NCBI GenBank assembly: GCA_020725405.1
Contig: DYFB01000077.1
Span: 1 to 62,211 of the forward strand
Source of the DNA: Symbiobacterium sp.
Lineage (GTDB): Bacteria; Bacillota; Sulfobacillia; UBA995; UBA9673
DNA: 62,211 bases
Reading direction: 5' to 3'
Shown here: one piece after another, positions 57,770 through 62,211 of the stretch
How the letters are laid out: each line of letters begins with the position of its first letter
How positions within the stretch are numbered: position 1 is the stretch's first letter
The notes under the pieces: generated by a model
Told to the model about the DNA's origin: nothing
What the model saw: the letters and a program-made list of their open reading frames with translations, nothing else
Database searches by the model: none
Translations under genes and position numbers: made by a program

Positions 57770-58623
57770 CGCGCAACCTCCACCGCACTCTTCTCGGCTG
57801 CGGCGTCGTGGTCCTCGTCGTCAGCCTGGGTCTTAACGTCTGGGCGGCCCTGATGATCTCCCGTCTGACTGAGGCCATCGACAAGGTGAAGGCGGCTGCC
57901 GCGAGCCGGGCGGCCGTCCTCGAAGGGCTTCTTGCCGAGCTCAGCGGGGAGGTCGACCGCCTGAAGTCCCCCCCCTGGGTGAGCCGCCTGTCCGAGACCA
58001 TGGACGCGGAGGGCTACGAGCCGGGAGGCCCGGTCCGGGTGACCCTGGCTTGGGCCCTCCTCGAGCTCGACCCCGGGGCCGAGGTGAGGGTCGTTTACAT
58101 GCCGACCGACGACCCGGCCGCCGGCCGCGAGGTGAGGGCCCAAGGCGTCGGCGGCCTCAGCTTCACGGTCACCCTCGAACTCCCGCCGGAGACGGACTGG
58201 CAGTACCAGATCGTCGGGGTCGTGGGCGGAGTGCGGCGCGCTTCGGCCGTGCGTCAGCTCGACCTCAGGTCCAGGCTGGGGCCGGGGAAGCTGGCTGTCC
58301 GCCGGACGGTGGCCACAGGCCAGGCCCTGGTCTACGAGGTCAGGCAGGAGCCGGTGCCCCTCCTGGCGGCCCACCGGGTGACGGCGGTCCGGGCAAGCTA
58401 CCGGACCCGGGACGGGGTCGCCCACCTCGTCCAGGTCTACCGCGAAGACGACGAAGCTCCCGGCGGGGACGAGACCGGGGCCCTGCGCTGGGGCCTCTAC
58501 GTCGGAACGGGCCAGCCCGGGGAGCTCACTCTGGAGGTCACCTTCGGCGAGGACCTGACCCGGACGTTCACTCTGGGGTCGGACCTCGACGGGACCGTCG
58601 TCCTGGAGGCGGGCGGCGGGTAG
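57766..58623 (+). CDS. hypothetical membrane-anchored protein
   Basis: N-terminal TM, coiled-coil-like stretch, beta-rich C-terminus; ATGA overlap with sdhB. Confidence 0.7.
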   Translation: MTRNLHRTLLGCGVVVLVVSLGLNVWAALMISRLTEAIDKVKAAAASRAAVLEGLLAELSGEVDRLKSPPWVSRLSETMDAEGYEPGGPVRVTLAWALLELDPGAEVRVVYMPTDDPAAGREVRAQGVGGLSFTVTLELPPETDWQYQIVGVVGGVRRASAVRQLDLRSRLGPGKLAVRRTVATGQALVYEVRQEPVPLLAAHRVTAVRASYRTRDGVAHLVQVYREDDEAPGGDETGALRWGLYVGTGQPGELTLEVTFGEDLTRTFTLGSDLDGTVVLEAGGG

Positions 58624-58654
58624 GCTGGGCTCTGAACGTCCTTGCCTAGCAGGC

Positions 58655-59677
58655 TCACCTTTCGCGGAGGCGCCGCCTCACGGCCTTCTCGCGGGCGGCA
58701 AACCCCTCCCAGGTGTCCTCGAGCGACTTCCTGGCGATGGACAGCCCCTTCACCTTCCCGACCGCCTCCATGTAGGGTTCCTGGAGGCGCGTCCCCTGGA
58801 GGTTGTACAGCCCCCAGACGAGGGCTCCCAGAAGGGCCAGGAAGGGGATGATCCGCAGGGCCGCCGGGCGGTCGAGGAAGAGGACGGCGGAGAACGATAG
58901 GATCAGGAAAGCGAGCCCGACCGTTCCGGCCCCGCGTCCGCCGTAGAGGGGGTTTTCTCGGATGGCCCAGGCCCGGTCCTCGAGTTTCCTGAGCCTCGGC
59001 CCCCATTCGTCGAGCTCGCGCTCGACCTCGGCCAGGCGCGCCCGGTATTCGCTCAGGACCTTCTCGTGGAGAAGGTCGATCGCCCTGCCGAGCTTCAGGT
59101 CGAGGGACAGGACCGTCCTCGCGTCGTCGGGGCCGGCTTCGGCCAGCTCCGCACTGAGACCATCGAGGGACTCAACGAAGCTCTCGCGGGTGGGTTCGCC
59201 CAGGTACGGGGCTGCGGAGACGAGCCCACGGGCCTGCGCCAGCCCGGCTGCGAGTCGGTCGCGGGTCTCCCGCAGGAGCTCGGGAGCCCAGAGTGAGGCC
59301 GGCTCCTGCTCCGCCGCGGGTGGACCCGCCGGATCGGCGGCGGTGATGTCGGCTATTCGCTTCCGAACGTGCTGGGTGAGTTCCGGCCCGAGCACAGGCC
59401 GGAGGGGCGGAGAGGCCCTGTCCCACGGGAAGAGCCTCTCCATCACCGCGGTCCTGACCGCGGCCGCCGCTTCCTCGAGGGACAGGGCTCCCGGCTCCTC
59501 GGCCGCCAGCCCAGCCACGGTTTCGGCGGCGGAGTCGAGCCTGCCGAAGACCTCGCGCCTGGTGTCTTCGTCCGTCTCGAAGAGCTCGTTACCGACGAGG
59601 AGGTCCGCCAGCTCGTCCCGCCAGCGGCGGATGACCGCCACGGCCCACCGGAGATAGGGCGCACTTGAGCCCGCCAT
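58655..59677 (-). CDS. hypothetical helical membrane protein
   Basis: Helical Glu/Leu/Arg-rich body with two TMs near the C-terminus. Confidence 0.7.
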   Translation of the reverse strand: MAGSSAPYLRWAVAVIRRWRDELADLLVGNELFETDEDTRREVFGRLDSAAETVAGLAAEEPGALSLEEAAAAVRTAVMERLFPWDRASPPLRPVLGPELTQHVRKRIADITAADPAGPPAAEQEPASLWAPELLRETRDRLAAGLAQARGLVSAAPYLGEPTRESFVESLDGLSAELAEAGPDDARTVLSLDLKLGRAIDLLHEKVLSEYRARLAEVERELDEWGPRLRKLEDRAWAIRENPLYGGRGAGTVGLAFLILSFSAVLFLDRPAALRIIPFLALLGALVWGLYNLQGTRLQEPYMEAVGKVKGLSIARKSLEDTWEGFAAREKAVRRRLRER

Positions 59678-59880
59678 GCCATCGACCGTCCGTTCCCGGG
59701 AGGTCCCGAGCGTGAGGGCACGCCTGAGCCAGGCTTGCGGAGGCTCTTTCTACGCCGGAGCTGCCGGAACCTCCCAGGACCCGGGCCACGTCGAGAGCAG
59801 GGCGCCGAGGGGTTCAGGCCTCTCGGGTTCACCCCCGCCCCCGCCGTGTTGAGTCGTGTCGCCGGGCGGCCTCCGCCCGC

Positions 59881-61593
59881 CTACCTCACCTCGGCCCTCT
59901 TGCGGTGCTCCTCCTCGGCCAGGACGCGCCTTAAGACCTTGCCGACGATGGTCCGGGGGAGTTCGGAGCGGAACTCCACGTACTTGGGCACCTTGTACCG
60001 GGCCAGCTTGCCGCGGCAGTACTCGATGACCTCCTCGGCCGTGAGCTGGTGGCCGGGCTTGGTCACGATGAAGACCTTGACCGTCTCGCCGCGGTACTCG
60101 TCCGGCACGCCGATAGCCGCCGCCTCGAGGATGGCCGGGTGCTCGTAGAGGACCTCGTCGATCTCGCGGGGGTAGATGTTGAAGCCGCCGGCGAGGATCA
60201 TCTCCTTCTTGCGGTCGACGATGTAGGTGTAGCCGTCCTCGTCCATCCTGGCGATGTCGCCGGTGTAGAGCCAGCCGTCGCGGATGGTCTGGGCCGTCTC
60301 GTCGGGGCGGTTCCAGTAGCCCTTCATGACCTGTGGGCCCTTCAGGATGAGCTCGCCGGTCTCGCCGACCGGGACCTCCCTCCCGCCGGTCTCGACATCG
60401 ACGACCCTGGAGACGGTGTCCGGGAGGGGTAGGCCGATGCTCCCCTCCTTGCGCCGGCCGAAGAGCGGGTTGGAGTGGGTGACGGGCGAAGCCTCGGAGA
60501 GACCGTAGCCCTCGGAGAGGTAGGCTCCGGTGACCTCCTCGAACTTCTTCTGCACCTCGACCGGGAGCGGGGCCGACCCCGAGAGGCAGGCGTTGACGGA
60601 CTTGAGGTTGTACTTCTTGACGTCCGGGTGCGAGTTGATGGCGATGTACATCGTCGGCGCCCCGGGGAAGAGGGTCGGCTTCCACTTGTCGATGGCCTTG
60701 AGGATGTCCTCGACGATGAAGCGCGGCTGGAGGACCATCGTGGCCCCGATGGCCGAGGCGAGGTTCAGGCAGCAGGTCATACCGTAGCTGTGGAAGAGGG
60801 GCAGGACGGTCATGATGACCTCCTGACCCATACGAGTCTCCGGGTACCAGCAATAGACCTGCGTGGCGTTGACCACCATGTTGCGGTGGGTGAGCATGCA
60901 CCCCTTGGAAACGCCCGTAGTCCCGCCCGTGTACTGGAGGCAGCAGAGGTCCTCGGCTGGGTCGAACTCGATCTCCGGCGGCCGGGGCTGGTAGCGTTTC
61001 AGGAGTTCCGTGAACTGGTGGTGCCCCGGGCCGGAGGGCGCCTGGACGTAGGTGCCCTCCTTCCTGGCCTTGATGGGGTAGAGCTGGTTCAGGGGGAAGG
61101 GTAGGAAGTCCTTGATACCGGTCCAGACGCAGGTCTCGAGCCCGGCCGCCTCCCTGACGTTCATGATGCGTTGAGACAAGAGGTCGAGCCCGATGATGAT
61201 CTTCGCCCCGGCGTCGCGGATCTGGTGCTCGATCTCCCGCTCCACGTAGAGCGGGTTCATGGCCACGATGACCCCGCCCGCCTTGGAGACGGCGTAGTAG
61301 GAGATGACCATCTGCGGGCAGTTCGGGAGCATGACCGCGATACGGTCGCCCTTCCTCAGCCCGAGGTCGGCCAGCGCCGCGGCCAGGCGGTAGACCTTGT
61401 CCAGGAGCTGGCGGAAGGTCAGCTTCCCGCCCATGAAGATGGTGGCCGTGCGGTCGGGGAACTCCCGCGCCGCCTTCTCGAGGAGCCCGTGGACCGGGAT
61501 GTCCGGGTACTCCAGGTGACGCGGCACCCCCTCGGGGTAGTTCGCCTGCCATCTCTCCTCCCAATTCGGCGCGCCTTCTCTGGTCTTGGCCAC
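59881..61593 (-). CDS. fadD: long-chain fatty acid--CoA ligase
   Basis: QYTGGTTGVSKG, LPLFHSYG, EGYGLSE, GWLYTGD, IVDRKKE and VGK motifs. Confidence 0.95.
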   Translation of the reverse strand: MAKTREGAPNWEERWQANYPEGVPRHLEYPDIPVHGLLEKAAREFPDRTATIFMGGKLTFRQLLDKVYRLAAALADLGLRKGDRIAVMLPNCPQMVISYYAVSKAGGVIVAMNPLYVEREIEHQIRDAGAKIIIGLDLLSQRIMNVREAAGLETCVWTGIKDFLPFPLNQLYPIKARKEGTYVQAPSGPGHHQFTELLKRYQPRPPEIEFDPAEDLCCLQYTGGTTGVSKGCMLTHRNMVVNATQVYCWYPETRMGQEVIMTVLPLFHSYGMTCCLNLASAIGATMVLQPRFIVEDILKAIDKWKPTLFPGAPTMYIAINSHPDVKKYNLKSVNACLSGSAPLPVEVQKKFEEVTGAYLSEGYGLSEASPVTHSNPLFGRRKEGSIGLPLPDTVSRVVDVETGGREVPVGETGELILKGPQVMKGYWNRPDETAQTIRDGWLYTGDIARMDEDGYTYIVDRKKEMILAGGFNIYPREIDEVLYEHPAILEAAAIGVPDEYRGETVKVFIVTKPGHQLTAEEVIEYCRGKLARYKVPKYVEFRSELPRTIVGKVLRRVLAEEEHRKRAEVR

Positions 61594-61777
61594 TTCGTCC
61601 TTCCTCCTTCCGTGTTGCCCAGCAGGCCTACAAGGCGACGGTGCCGTGTCATAATTGGCTGAGAAGCCTGACGAATTCCTTCCGTGGCGGGCGGGAGTTC
61701 GAGCATTCGAGCCGACCGGGCGGCCAGGCGAGTCGACCGGGCGGCCAGGCGGGGAGGTCCCACGCCGGGCCGACCCG

Positions 61778-62054
61778 ACGGCTGTCCCCCTCGGGGTAGG
61801 GGTCGTAGATGTCCATCACGAGGAGCATGGCCTTGCTGTTGAGACTGCGGATCTCGGCGAGGGTGGTCGGGAAGTTCTGGCGGAGGTTGTTCAGGTTCAC
61901 CCAGAGCCCCCACGGCCAGCGAATCGCCGAGGGCGACGCAGGACGGCTTGGGAGCCGGTTTCGCGGCCAGGGCCGCGCCCGGGCAGGCCGTAAGCGTCAC
62001 GCTCAGGGCGAAGGCCGCCAGAACGGCCGGGCCGATGATACGCTTTGCCTTCAT
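61778..62054 (-). pseudogene. secreted SGNH/GDSL hydrolase remnant
   Basis: Signal peptide and VALGDSLAVG, then a frame change into NF.TTL.EIR.LN....LVMDIYDPY; the rest of the fold is missing. Confidence 0.7.
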
Positions 62055-62098
62055 CCTCTCCCTCCTTTCGCGTCGTGAACGCGACCCACGTGCAGGCT

Positions 62099-62211
62099 GG
62101 GAGGGGGTGCAGACTGTGGGAGGGGGTGCAGACTATGGAACGGGGTGCAGACTATGGGAGGGGGTGCAGACTGTGGGAGGGGGTGCAGACTGTGGGAGGG
62201 GGTGCAGACTG
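62099..62211. repeat. 19-bp G-rich tandem repeat (at least 6 copies, runs off the window)
   Basis: GGGAGGGGGTGCAGACT(G/A)T units with no spacers. Confidence 0.95.

Noticed and set aside
62099-62211. CRISPR array
   Set aside because: Head-to-tail 19-bp units with no unique spacers, and no cas genes. The same applies to the repeats at 30563, 37383 and 50377.
1-62211. tRNA/rRNA genes, prophage or IS transposases
   Set aside because: None recognised by eye; a tRNAscan/Rfam run would be needed to exclude small RNAs.

Overview
High-GC (roughly 70% by eye) bacterial chromosomal window, most consistent with an anaerobic or facultative endospore-forming Bacillota. Supporting evidence: an SLH-domain protein, pdaB, CgeB-like glycosyltransferases, SigK/SigE- and SigH-like promoter motifs, and a T-box riboswitch. 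It begins in the 3' end of a class C group II intron and ends in a 19-bp tandem repeat, so it may be a whole contig bounded by repeats. Contents: (1) a ~14-kb probable spore-surface glycan locus (dTDP-rhamnose rmlADCB, CDP-glucose rfbFG, a GDP-sugar SDR, GT2, GT4, two CgeB-like paralogs and a methyltransferase); (2) trpS, a CapA-family gene and a GH18-SLH gene; (3) an IscU-TrmO fusion, kbl and a two-component pair; (4) a Trp T-box-controlled trpB2 translationally coupled to a minimal ParB/Srx-fold SerK/SbnI-like protein; (5) glyA, a class V aminotransferase, transporters, pdaB and an ADP-forming acyl-CoA ligase; (6) a fumarase / malic enzyme / sdhCDAB block and fadD. There are also several pseudogenes and many short tandem repeats. 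The best candidate for an undescribed system is the T-box-trpB2-serine-kinase-like operon, a probable O-phosphoserine-dependent indole salvage module. All family calls come from recognising motifs by eye; no searches were run.
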